Positions 1-7,635 of a stretch of 45,867 nucleotides of DNA are shown here, piece by piece. Made by a program: the position numbers and the translations under genes. The notes under the pieces are model-generated. The model was given only the letters and a program-made list of their open reading frames with translations, was not told the DNA's origin and ran no database searches. Source of the stretch: a virus; IMG/VR virus record IMGVR_UViG_3300050154_000047; one strand, written 5' to 3'. How positions within the stretch are numbered: position 1 is the stretch's first letter; the number at the start of each line of letters is the position of its first letter.

Positions 1-127
1 TGTTCGAACAGTGAGCGGTCAATTGTTTGTTTCATGGTGTTTCTCTCTTTCGTTTGTTAAGGGGTTATTTCTTTGGAGCCAGTACAGCGGCCCACCGTGC
101 ACGTTCAGCGGCGAGGGCTTGCGCCCG
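1..127. repeat. 127-nt terminal overlap identical to 45741..45867 (circular closure of the assembly)
   Basis: Read directly: tgttcgaacagtgagcgg...gcgagggcttgcgcccg occurs at both window ends. It carries the start codon of the 45443..45775 gene (cat at 33-35 = 45773-45775) and the 3' part of the 65..166 ORF. Confidence 0.95.
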
Positions 128-166
128 TTGTTCGAGTGATTGATTAGCTTGGTGTTCGTTGCGCAT
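65..166 (-). CDS. hypothetical 33-aa protein (short form of track ORF 65..307)
   Basis: ATG at 166 lies 16 nt after the stop of 183..386. The longer 80-aa form would overlap that gene in another frame. Sequence MRNEHQANQSLEQRAQALAAERARWAAVLAPKK is helical and Ala/Arg-rich. No family recognised. Confidence 0.3.
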   Translation of the reverse strand: MRNEHQANQSLEQRAQALAAERARWAAVLAPKK

Positions 167-182
167 GATTTTCGCCTTTCTA

Positions 183-386
183 TTAGCTTTGTGCTGAGGT
201 TTCAAAATCGGAGGCGTATGTTTCCAACTGAGCCAGCGTATATCCGCGGTACTTTCCGTCTTTCGATAGCTTGGCTTTCTCGGCCATGTTGCGCATGTCT
301 TTTGCATTTGCGAGAAGTTGCGCGCGCGCTTGGTCTACCGTGCATTTAAAAACTTTGGCTATGTGTTCAGGGGTCATTGCGGCCAT
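183..386 (-). CDS. hypothetical early protein, 67 aa, first gene of the minus-strand arm
   Basis: Track ORF. AAGGTG sits about 5 nt upstream of ATG 386. Protein-like composition. No family recognised. Confidence 0.55.
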   Translation of the reverse strand: MAAMTPEHIAKVFKCTVDQARAQLLANAKDMRNMAEKAKLSKDGKYRGYTLAQLETYASDFETSAQS

Positions 387-510
387 TTTTCACCTTTCGT
401 TATCACCGCGACGTTGCGGCATGGGTGAAATATAACATTTGTTACGCTAACCGCAACACCTTAGCGGATAATTGTTTTTATCGTATCGCTTGGCATGATA
501 GGTTTTGCTA
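387..510. promoter_or_regulatory. divergent intergenic control region (early arm leftward, terS rightward)
   Basis: 124 nt without an ORF. Inverted repeats TCACC-N16-GGTGA (403-428) and CGCTAA-N10-TTAGCG (445-466). Minus-strand TTGCGG-N16-TATATT (456 down to 429) is a plausible sigma70-type promoter. Confidence 0.4.
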
Positions 511-1041
511 ATGACATACGCCGTTAGCACCAATCCACACAAAGCACGTATAGAGCGGGTAATTCTGGCCGTTCTTGACGGTGTTTCGCTGAAAAGTGCA
601 ATCAAGAATGAGGGAATGAGCCTTGAGCTATTCCACCAGGTAACCAGTTCAGATAGAGAGTTGGCAGTCCGTTACGCCTCGGCCATGGAGTTTCGAGGTG
701 ACATTCTGGCCGGTGAAATCATCGAAATAGCGGACACTGAAAACGATGCTGCCAAGGCTCGAAACCAGATAACGGCCCGTCAGTGGCTCGCCTCAAAGCT
801 AAACCGCAAATACGGCGAGCGCGTAGAACTAAACGTCAGTCAGACCATTGATATTGGGAGCACTCTTGCTGAAGCCAGGGCGCGCATGTTGCGACCAATG
901 CATGACCAATTGCCCACTATCGATGTGCAAGCCATTGATTTACAAGGCGAATCTACCCTTGGACTAATAGATAAACAATCAAAGCGCCCGATTTATCAGG
1001 ACATACCCGCGCCGGATGCAGAACCGGACATCTTCAGCTAG
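511..1041 (+). CDS. terS: terminase small subunit
   Basis: Track ORF 505..1041 with the first ATG at 511. N-terminal HTH-like segment plus the ARQWLASKLNRKYGERVE motif that I associate with small terminases. Sits upstream of terL. Confidence 0.7.
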   Translation: MTYAVSTNPHKARIERVILAVLDGVSLKSAIKNEGMSLELFHQVTSSDRELAVRYASAMEFRGDILAGEIIEIADTENDAAKARNQITARQWLASKLNRKYGERVELNVSQTIDIGSTLAEARARMLRPMHDQLPTIDVQAIDLQGESTLGLIDKQSKRPIYQDIPAPDAEPDIFS

Positions 1042-1131
1042 CCCATGGTGCAGCGATGGCCAGGCACTCGATTGTTGGACGGGGGGAGTACCCCCACCCC
1101 CACCCCCAAGATGCTGGCCGCGCTGAACCCT

Positions 1132-1154
1132 ACCGACCCCTTGGGCGGTTTTTT
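1132..1154 (+). terminator. terminator-like hairpin plus T-run in the terS-terL gap
   Basis: ACCGaCCC-ctt-GGGcGGT (one internal mismatch) followed by TTTTTT. Read directly. Confidence 0.4.
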
Positions 1155-1215
1155 AGAAATTTTTGGAAAAAAGTTTCCGTAACAACTCCTAAGCATCCTT
1201 CATCATCCATAGCCC

Positions 1216-2763
1216 ATGCCTAAAAAACAACCCAAGTTCTCAGCTCAAGGCGAGCAGTCCCTCATGCTGGAGCTGTGGGACCCGAGGTTGGCGGACAACC
1301 TCAACGATTTCGTTCGCTTCGTTTATCCGTGGGGCAAGGAGAACACGCCACTCGCGGATCAGAATGGCCCGAGGAATTGGCAAGACCAGGTTCTGAAGGA
1401 CCTGTCCGCCTACATCCTCAAGGCCAAGACCCGCAAGCTGACCCACGAAGAACTAATCAACATGTTCCGTGCGGCGATTGCATCGGGCCGTGGTATCGGA
1501 AAGAGTGCTTTGTTCGGGTGGTTGGGGCATTGGCATGCGTCCACCAGGCTTGGTTCATCCACTTGGGTGGCAGCCAACAGTGAGCCGCAGCTCAAGACCA
1601 AGACCTTCCCGGAGCTTTCCAAATGGTTCACGTTGGCGATCAACGATCACTGGTTCGAGCAGGACGCCACCAAGATTTACCCCGCCGAGTGGTTTGCCAA
1701 AGCCGTGGAGCGCGACCTCAAGATCGACCCGAGCTATTGGTACGTGGCAGCGCAGTTGTGGAATGAGCAGGCCCCCGATGCGTTTGCGGGTGCGCACAAC
1801 GTCTACGGCGAGATGGCACTGTTCGATGAAGCCTCCGGTATCCCTGGCAGCATATGGACGGTGCAGCAGGGTGTGTTCACCGAGAAGATCATAGACCGCT
1901 ACTGGCTGGCGTTCTCCAACCCACGCCGGCCAAGTGGCGCATTCTTTGAGTGCTTCCACAAAAACCGCGAGGATTGGCTGACGTACCAGATCGACAGCCG
2001 GACGGTGGACATAGCGCAGGATGGCGCAGAGGCGATCATTCGGGAGCATGGCGCCGACAGCGACGAAGCCAAGGTGGAAGTCTACGGGCAGTTTCCGTCC
2101 AAGGGCCAGAACCAGTTCATCGGGCGCACGGATGTGGAGGAAGCACTCAAGCGGGAAGTACAGCCCGACCAAGGTGCACCCTTGGTGATGGGGGTGGACC
2201 CTGCGCGGTTCGGGGACGACAACACCGTGATCGGGTTCCGGCGCGGGCGAGATGCCAAGAGCATTCCGTGGGTCAAGGCCAACGGATGGTCCACCACGGA
2301 GACAGCCGCCAAGGTGGCGGAGCTGGCCAGCAAGCACAACCCGTCAGCCATCTTTGTGGACGGTGGTGGCGTGGGTGGCGGTGTGGTCGATCAGTTGAAG
2401 GGCATGGGATACAGGGTCATCGAGGTGCAGTCCGGAGAGTCGGCGCAGAACAAGGACAAGTACCAAAACCGCAGGGCGGAGATGTGGGACCGGATGCGGG
2501 AGTGGATTGGTACGGGTTGTCTGCCGGACATGAAGGGCATCACGGATGACCTGTGCAACCTGGAGTACGGATACACTCTGACCAACCAGATCAAGCTGGA
2601 GCGCAAGGACGAGCTGAAGAAGCGGGGGTTTGCCAGCCCCGACATGGCCGATGCGTTGGCCCTGACGTTTGCTGCTACCGTGGCACGGACGGATTTGAAT
2701 ACCAGCCGCCACAACCGTCGCCTTGGCGTAGCGAAGAATGTTGACTACAATGTGTTGGGATAA
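1216..2763 (+). CDS. terL: terminase large subunit
   Basis: 515 aa. Walker A GRGIGKS and Walker B-like MALFDEASGI. C-terminal RNaseH-like nuclease Asp motifs (VMGVDPARFGDD, IFVDGGGVGG). Confidence 0.9.
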   Translation: MPKKQPKFSAQGEQSLMLELWDPRLADNLNDFVRFVYPWGKENTPLADQNGPRNWQDQVLKDLSAYILKAKTRKLTHEELINMFRAAIASGRGIGKSALFGWLGHWHASTRLGSSTWVAANSEPQLKTKTFPELSKWFTLAINDHWFEQDATKIYPAEWFAKAVERDLKIDPSYWYVAAQLWNEQAPDAFAGAHNVYGEMALFDEASGIPGSIWTVQQGVFTEKIIDRYWLAFSNPRRPSGAFFECFHKNREDWLTYQIDSRTVDIAQDGAEAIIREHGADSDEAKVEVYGQFPSKGQNQFIGRTDVEEALKREVQPDQGAPLVMGVDPARFGDDNTVIGFRRGRDAKSIPWVKANGWSTTETAAKVAELASKHNPSAIFVDGGGVGGGVVDQLKGMGYRVIEVQSGESAQNKDKYQNRRAEMWDRMREWIGTGCLPDMKGITDDLCNLEYGYTLTNQIKLERKDELKKRGFASPDMADALALTFAATVARTDLNTSRHNRRLGVAKNVDYNVLG

Positions 2764-2784
2764 CCTCAACTTACAGGCGCACCC

Positions 2785-3027
2785 ATGTCATTCGTTACCA
2801 AAGCAGTTGGCGGCATATTTGAAGGACTCGGCTTGATCGACAAGCCCAGTTCTCCGGTTGCTTTGGCGCCTGCGCCTACACTCAGCAGCCAGTCCGTGCA
2901 GGATGCTGCGGAGGAAGAACGCAAGAAGGCCGCGCTGATGCGTGGGCGTGCCAGCACCGTGCTGACGCAGCCTTTGGGTCAGACCCAGGATGCAACCTCG
3001 GCGTCCAAGACTTTGTTTGGAGCCTGA
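2785..3027 (+). CDS. hypothetical small protein, 80 aa
   Basis: Track ORF between terL and portal. Ends 1 nt before the portal ATG. ...KKAALMRGRASTVLTQPLG... No family assigned. Confidence 0.55.
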   Translation: MSFVTKAVGGIFEGLGLIDKPSSPVALAPAPTLSSQSVQDAAEEERKKAALMRGRASTVLTQPLGQTQDATSASKTLFGA

Positions 3028-3028
3028 G

Positions 3029-4657
3029 ATGGACATGACTTACGCACAGCAGGTGTGTCAGCGGTTGGAGACACTGCGCAACAACCGCACGGGGTTTGAG
3101 AACCATTGGACAGAGGTGGCGGAGTTAGTCCGACCGGACTATTCCAAGATGTTCAACATCGGCACGAAAACTGCTAACCAGACCAAGGGCGAGAAGCGGC
3201 AGGAAAAGAGCTTTGATGCTACGGCGCAGATCGCTTGCCAGCGGTTCGCCAGCGCGTTGGAGTCCATGCTCACCCCGCAGAACAACCGTTGGCACCGCCT
3301 ATCTACGACTGACAGCGTACTCAAGCGGGACAAGGCGACACGCCTGTGGTTTGACGATGCTACGGATGCGTTGTTCCGCCACCGCTACAACTACAAAGCG
3401 AACTTTGCCAGCCAGTGCCAAGAGCAGTACATGGACTTGGGTGCGTTCGGCACCGGATGCTTGTTCACGGATAAGTTGGTGGGCGAACCCGGTATCCGGT
3501 ATCGCAGCATCCCTCTGAGTGACGTGTTCTTCGAGGTGAACCACCAGGGTATCGTGGATACGGTGATCCGCCCGTTTACTATGACGGCGCGGCAGATCAT
3601 TCAGCGGTGGCCGGACAAGGCAAGCGGCACGGTCAAGTCTGCGGCCAAGTCCAATCCCGAGCAGGAGTTCGATGTTATCCATGCGGTGATGCCCCGCGAG
3701 GACATGGACCCCAACCGTGCGGACTATCGGGGGATGCCGTTCAAGAGCGTGTACATCCTGGTGGATGGATACAACATGCTGGAGGAAGGTGGCTACAACA
3801 GCTTTCCCTACCAGATCAGCCGATACATCACCGTGCCCGGAGAGATTTATGGGCGCAGCCCTGCGATGCTGGCGCTGCCAAGCATCAAAGTGCTGAACGA
3901 GCAGAAGAAAACTGTGCTGAAGCAAGGCCACCGTGCGGTGGACCCTGTGCTGCTGGCACACGACGATGGCGTGCTGGACGTGTTCGACATGGCCCCCGGG
4001 GCTGTGAACTACGGCGGCGTGTCGGCGGATGGACGCGCACTGGTGCACGCACTGCCCACCGGAAACTTGGCGATTGCCAAGGAGATGATGGAGCAGGAAC
4101 GCCAGATCATCAACGATGTGTTCTTGGTCACTCTGTTTCAGATCATGGTGGATACTCCCCAGATGACAGCCACTGAGGTGATCGAGCGCACACGGGAGAA
4201 GGGTGCGCTGCTGTCGCCAACCATGGGGCGCCAGCAGTCTGAGTTCTTGGGGCCGCTGATCGACCGCGAGCTGGACTTGCTGATGGCGCAGGGATTGCTT
4301 CCGCCCATGCCTCCGATGCTCAAGGAAGCCAAAGGCGACTACGTGGTGCAGTACGACAGCCCGCTGTCCCGCGCACAGCGCAGCGAGGAAGCCGCCGGCA
4401 CGATGAGAACGCTTGAATATGCTGCCAATATCGCGTCCATCACTCAAGACCCCAGCGTGATGGATACCTTTGACTTCGACGTGATCGTGCCGGAGTTAGC
4501 GTACATCAACGCCATGCCAGAACGGTTCATTGCCAGCGAAGAATCCATCGCTGCCAAGCGTCAAGGGCGCCAGCAAGCCGCAGCGCAACAGCAGCTGGTT
4601 GATGCGGCGCCAGCAATGGCTTCCATCATCACAAAGGGCGGATCGCAACAGTTATGA
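3029..4657 (+). CDS. portal (head-to-tail connector) protein, T7 gp8-like
   Basis: Track ORF 2990..4657. ATG 3029 is preceded by GGAG and follows the upstream stop. 542 aa at the canonical position after terL. The N-terminus ...RLETLRNNRTGFENHW... resembles podovirus connector N-termini. Confidence 0.85.
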   Translation: MDMTYAQQVCQRLETLRNNRTGFENHWTEVAELVRPDYSKMFNIGTKTANQTKGEKRQEKSFDATAQIACQRFASALESMLTPQNNRWHRLSTTDSVLKRDKATRLWFDDATDALFRHRYNYKANFASQCQEQYMDLGAFGTGCLFTDKLVGEPGIRYRSIPLSDVFFEVNHQGIVDTVIRPFTMTARQIIQRWPDKASGTVKSAAKSNPEQEFDVIHAVMPREDMDPNRADYRGMPFKSVYILVDGYNMLEEGGYNSFPYQISRYITVPGEIYGRSPAMLALPSIKVLNEQKKTVLKQGHRAVDPVLLAHDDGVLDVFDMAPGAVNYGGVSADGRALVHALPTGNLAIAKEMMEQERQIINDVFLVTLFQIMVDTPQMTATEVIERTREKGALLSPTMGRQQSEFLGPLIDRELDLLMAQGLLPPMPPMLKEAKGDYVVQYDSPLSRAQRSEEAAGTMRTLEYAANIASITQDPSVMDTFDFDVIVPELAYINAMPERFIASEESIAAKRQGRQQAAAQQQLVDAAPAMASIITKGGSQQL

Positions 4658-4791
4658 CAGAAGCAAAAAAGGGGTACTGGTGCGTCGTGTGCGGAAAGTG
4701 GCTCCCCGCCGATGATCTTGGTGTTATTATTCACGATCCCGTTCCGCACCCAGAACACATGGATTTTGATGACGAAAAGGTAGCGCAATGA
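4654..4791 (+). CDS. hypothetical 45-aa CxxC protein
   Basis: Not in the track (<60 aa). ATG overlaps the portal stop (ATGA) and its stop overlaps the next ATG (ATGA). MTEAKKGYWCVVCGKWLPADDLGVIIHDPVPHPEH... has a Cys pair plus His residues. Confidence 0.45.
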   Translation: MTEAKKGYWCVVCGKWLPADDLGVIIHDPVPHPEHMDFDDEKVAQ

Positions 4792-4982
4792 CAGAACAAG
4801 GCTTGACTACGTATTGCCTCGGAAACGGTGCTCGAAAGTGCGACGGCTGCGGTCAAGAAAAGAATTGGCAGGTATTGAATCAGATGCCGGACGCGTTGCG
4901 AAAAGCGATCCAAGAATCCGCCAAACGCGTAGATGATTCCGACTGCATCCTGTCTGGGCGCCCGTGGTACAAACCGGCATGA
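4788..4982 (+). CDS. hypothetical 64-aa Cys-containing protein
   Basis: Track ORF coupled by ATGA overlaps at both ends. Contains CDGC. Confidence 0.5.
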   Translation: MTEQGLTTYCLGNGARKCDGCGQEKNWQVLNQMPDALRKAIQESAKRVDDSDCILSGRPWYKPA

Positions 4983-5242
4983 ACGCTTGGGTAGAGAAGG
5001 CCAAGAAGTGGCTCAACCACAGGGCCTACTGCTACCGCGTCGTGTTCACTGGGCAGGCCAGCGACGTGGTTCTGCGCGACTTGGCCAAGTTCTGCCGTGC
5101 CAACGAAAGCACGGCGCACACCGATCCCCACGTAGCGGCCCGCCTAGATGGCCGCAGAGAAGTGTGGCTGCGCTTGCAGTCGCACCTCAAACTCACCGAC
5201 GAGCAGTTGTGGGAACTGTTCGGAGGTAACAAACCACAATAG
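4979..5242 (+). CDS. conserved phage protein, Bbp19-like (recall, unverified)
   Basis: ATG 4979 overlaps the upstream TGA. The pattern ...VVFTGQASDVVLRDLAKFCRANEST...DGRREVWLRLQSHL... matches what I remember of proteins annotated Bbp19 family in BPP-1-type head modules. Confidence 0.6.
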   Translation: MNAWVEKAKKWLNHRAYCYRVVFTGQASDVVLRDLAKFCRANESTAHTDPHVAARLDGRREVWLRLQSHLKLTDEQLWELFGGNKPQ

Positions 5243-5257
5243 GAAGCACCACCATGG
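5232..5257 (+). repeat. 26-nt initiation cassette, copy 1 (AACCACAATAGGAAGCACCACCATGG)
   Basis: Read directly. Ends in start codon 5254. The TAG stop of the upstream gene (5240-5242) lies inside it. Confidence 0.9.
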
Positions 5258-5457
5258 CATCAAATCAGCAAGTTACCGACGAAATGGTGAGCCGTTTCTT
5301 ACGGTGGAAGTTGCCGGAAGATTTTGCGCCGGATTGTTACGTCAGTTACGACCGTGAAAGCGCCAAAAAGCACAACGGCCAACCGACAGGAACAAACTTG
5401 CTTCACGCGGGGCAGGTCCGAGAAATGCTTGAGTTTGTTCTCGGAACAAAAGACTAA
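5254..5457 (+). CDS. hypothetical 67-aa protein
   Basis: Track ORF preceded by cassette copy 1. Confidence 0.6.
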   Translation: MASNQQVTDEMVSRFLRWKLPEDFAPDCYVSYDRESAKKHNGQPTGTNLLHAGQVREMLEFVLGTKD

Positions 5458-5481
5458 CCACAACAGGAAGCACCACCATGG
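5456..5481 (+). repeat. 26-nt initiation cassette, copy 2 (AACCACAACAGGAAGCACCACCATGG)
   Basis: Read directly. One T/C difference from copies 1 and 3. Ends in start codon 5478. Confidence 0.9.
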
Positions 5482-5735
5482 TAGACGCAAACACCCCCAA
5501 AGACCCTTGGGTTCATCGTAGCGAAGGGATGCGCTGCAAAACGTGCATCTGGTTTGTACCGAAAGTGCCGAGCAAAGAAGCCCGTGCGGAGCGCACAGGC
5601 AACTCAGACCCGCATGTATTTTGGGACATGGGGCGTTGCCGCCGCCACGCACCAACCATGGGCGGGTATCCAGTCGTGTTTGTGAACGACTGGTGCGGCG
5701 ATCACCGCCTAGACGAAAACAAATTCCAAGGCTGA
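5478..5735 (+). CDS. hypothetical 85-aa four-Cys protein
   Basis: Track ORF. MRCKTCIWF...GRCRRHAP...DWCGDH resembles a small Cys-rich prophage protein family of unknown function (recall only). Confidence 0.6.
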   Translation: MVDANTPKDPWVHRSEGMRCKTCIWFVPKVPSKEARAERTGNSDPHVFWDMGRCRRHAPTMGGYPVVFVNDWCGDHRLDENKFQG

Positions 5736-5755
5736 CAGCACAAAACCAAACCCTA

Positions 5756-5781
5756 AACCACAATAGGAAGCACCACCATGG
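5756..5781 (+). repeat. 26-nt initiation cassette, copy 3 (AACCACAATAGGAAGCACCACCATGG)
   Basis: Read directly. Ends in start codon 5778. Confidence 0.9.
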
Positions 5782-6476
5782 CAGACGCAAGCACCCCACC
5801 TTCAGCACCCACCGCAGTGAGCGCAGCCGCAGCACTGGCAGCAAGCACGCCCCCCGCAGCAGCGCCAGCCGCTGATCCGGCAGCGCCTGCGCCGGCAGCC
5901 GATCCTGCTGCACCCGCAGCCGACGCACCTAAACCCGAAGAACCCGCAGGGCTGAAACTCCCTGGCGAGGATGCCAAGCCCGAAGAATGGGACGCCTTCT
6001 ACAAGCAGTTGGGCCGACCCGAAGCTGCGGACAAGTACGACATCAAGTATGCCGAGACTGCGGACCCCGAGTTCACCAAGGGCGTCAACGCATTGATGTT
6101 CGAGGCAGGCTTGAACAACAAGCAGGCGCAGACCATCGTGGCGAAGTACGATGCCATGGTGGCCGAAGCCGTGGCCAAGCAGGAAACCGTGAAGCAGGCT
6201 GCGTATGGCGAGCAGGCCAAAGCGCTGACTGCTGAGTGGGGCCAGAGCTTTGAGGCCAACATCACCGTGGCCGCGCAGGCTGCTAAGCAGTTCGGGTTCG
6301 ACGCCAAGACCATTGACGCGATCCAGAGCAGCATCGGCTATGACGGTGTTATGAAGTTGATGCACACCATCGGCAGCAAGCTGGGCGAAGCGCAGTTCGT
6401 TGCTGGAAACAACAACAAACCGACCGATCAGCCAAAGACCTTGGCCGAGCGCATGTACCCCAACATGAAGCCGTGA
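5778..6476 (+). CDS. scaffolding-like protein (Ala/Pro-rich N-terminus, helical remainder)
   Basis: 232 aa immediately upstream of the capsid gene. Low-complexity AAPAADPAAPA segment followed by a helical region. Assigned by position and composition only. Confidence 0.55.
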   Translation: MADASTPPSAPTAVSAAAALAASTPPAAAPAADPAAPAPAADPAAPAADAPKPEEPAGLKLPGEDAKPEEWDAFYKQLGRPEAADKYDIKYAETADPEFTKGVNALMFEAGLNNKQAQTIVAKYDAMVAEAVAKQETVKQAAYGEQAKALTAEWGQSFEANITVAAQAAKQFGFDAKTIDAIQSSIGYDGVMKLMHTIGSKLGEAQFVAGNNNKPTDQPKTLAERMYPNMKP

Positions 6477-6520
6477 AGAATAGTCAGCACCTATCGACCA
6501 ACTATTTTTGATAGAAGGTG

Positions 6521-6550
6521 TTGACAATTTCTCAACGCACGTTCCACAAT
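6521..6550 (+). promoter_or_regulatory. candidate sigma70-type promoter upstream of the capsid gene
   Basis: Consensus -35 TTGACA (6521-6526), an 18-nt spacer, then CACAAT (6545-6550). It lies in the 131-nt gap before the capsid gene. Confidence 0.4.
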
Positions 6551-6607
6551 CGGGCTGTTTAATGTGGTTTTCCCACCACGCCCGACGCTAAACTTTCAGG
6601 AGGCCAC

Positions 6608-7624
6608 ATGGCAACTATCGGCGGCAACGTACTAACCCTTACTGATTGGGCCAAGCGCCTCGCACCGGACGGCACCGTGCCTCCCGTGGTCGAGCTGCTG
6701 AACCAGTCCAACCCCATCATCACAGACATGCTGTGGATCGAAGGCAACTTGCCTACCGGTCACCGCACGACTGTCCGCACCGGTTTGCCAGGCACCACAT
6801 GGCGCAAACTGAACTACGGTGTGCAGCCAACCAAGTCCACCACGGTGACTGTGGACGACACCGTAGGTATGCTGGAAGCATTCGCCCAGGCCGACAAGGA
6901 CTTGGTGGAACTCAACGGCAACAGCGCAGCTTTCCGTGCAAGCGAATCCTCTGCGTTCATCGAATCCATGAACCAGCAGTTCGCATCCACCCTGATCTAC
7001 GGTGACGTGGAAGTGAACCCCGAGCGCTTCATGGGCTTGGCTCCACGCTACTCCACCATCTCCGGTGCGACCAACGGCCAGAACATCATCTCTGCCGGCA
7101 CTGTGACCGGTGGTGACGGTACGTCCATCTGGTTGGTGGGCTGGGGTGAGAACACCATCCACGGCATCTTCCCCAAGGGTTCGATGGCTGGCTTGGTCCA
7201 CGAAGATTTGGATCTGGACACTGTGACCGACGCTGCTGGCGGCAAGTACCGTGCGTACCTCGACCGCTACCAGTGGAAGTGCGGTTTGACCGTCCGCGAC
7301 TGGCGCTATGCAGTTCGTATCGCCAACATCGACGTGTCTGCCCTGATTGCTGACACAGCCGGTACGACTGTCAAGCTGATCGAATACATGAGCCGCGCTA
7401 TCGACCGCATCCCGAACTTCGGCATGTGCAAGCCCGTGTTCTACATGAACCGCACCGTGTTCTCCATCCTGCGCATCCAGGCGTTGAACAAGTCCAACAA
7501 CGCTCTCTCCATCGAGCAAGGTCTGGACCAGTTCGGCAACCCCATCTCCGGTGAGTTGTCGTTCATGGGAATCCCGATCCGCCGTGTGGATGCGCTGCTG
7601 TCCACCGAAGCCCAGATTTCCTAA
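6608..7624 (+). CDS. major capsid protein
   Basis: 338 aa with a strong RBS (CAGGAGG). Lies between scaffold-like and cement-like genes. Size and position match BPP-1-type HK97-fold capsid proteins. Confidence 0.85.
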   Translation: MATIGGNVLTLTDWAKRLAPDGTVPPVVELLNQSNPIITDMLWIEGNLPTGHRTTVRTGLPGTTWRKLNYGVQPTKSTTVTVDDTVGMLEAFAQADKDLVELNGNSAAFRASESSAFIESMNQQFASTLIYGDVEVNPERFMGLAPRYSTISGATNGQNIISAGTVTGGDGTSIWLVGWGENTIHGIFPKGSMAGLVHEDLDLDTVTDAAGGKYRAYLDRYQWKCGLTVRDWRYAVRIANIDVSALIADTAGTTVKLIEYMSRAIDRIPNFGMCKPVFYMNRTVFSILRIQALNKSNNALSIEQGLDQFGNPISGELSFMGIPIRRVDALLSTEAQIS

Positions 7625-7635
7625 TTGGAGGCACC

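Noticed and set aside
2990-3028. N-terminal extensions offered by the track for portal (2990), PrimPol (31054), nuclease (34964), DUF551 protein (38919), RuvC (42023), pyrophosphohydrolase (37608) and others.
   Set aside because: The extensions overlap the upstream gene and are Arg/Pro-rich. Internal ATGs sit at ATGA junctions or behind clear SD sequences and give N-termini typical of the families.
5753-5977. Ala/Gly-rich 74-aa minus-strand ORF and other alternative-frame ORFs over the scaffold 5' region and the cassette repeats (for example 5299..5928 and 5543..5875, which contain the recurring NHNRKHHHG peptide).
   Set aside because: They are by-products of the Ala/Pro-rich low-complexity coding region and of the three 26-nt cassette copies read in other frames. 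They are not independent genes.
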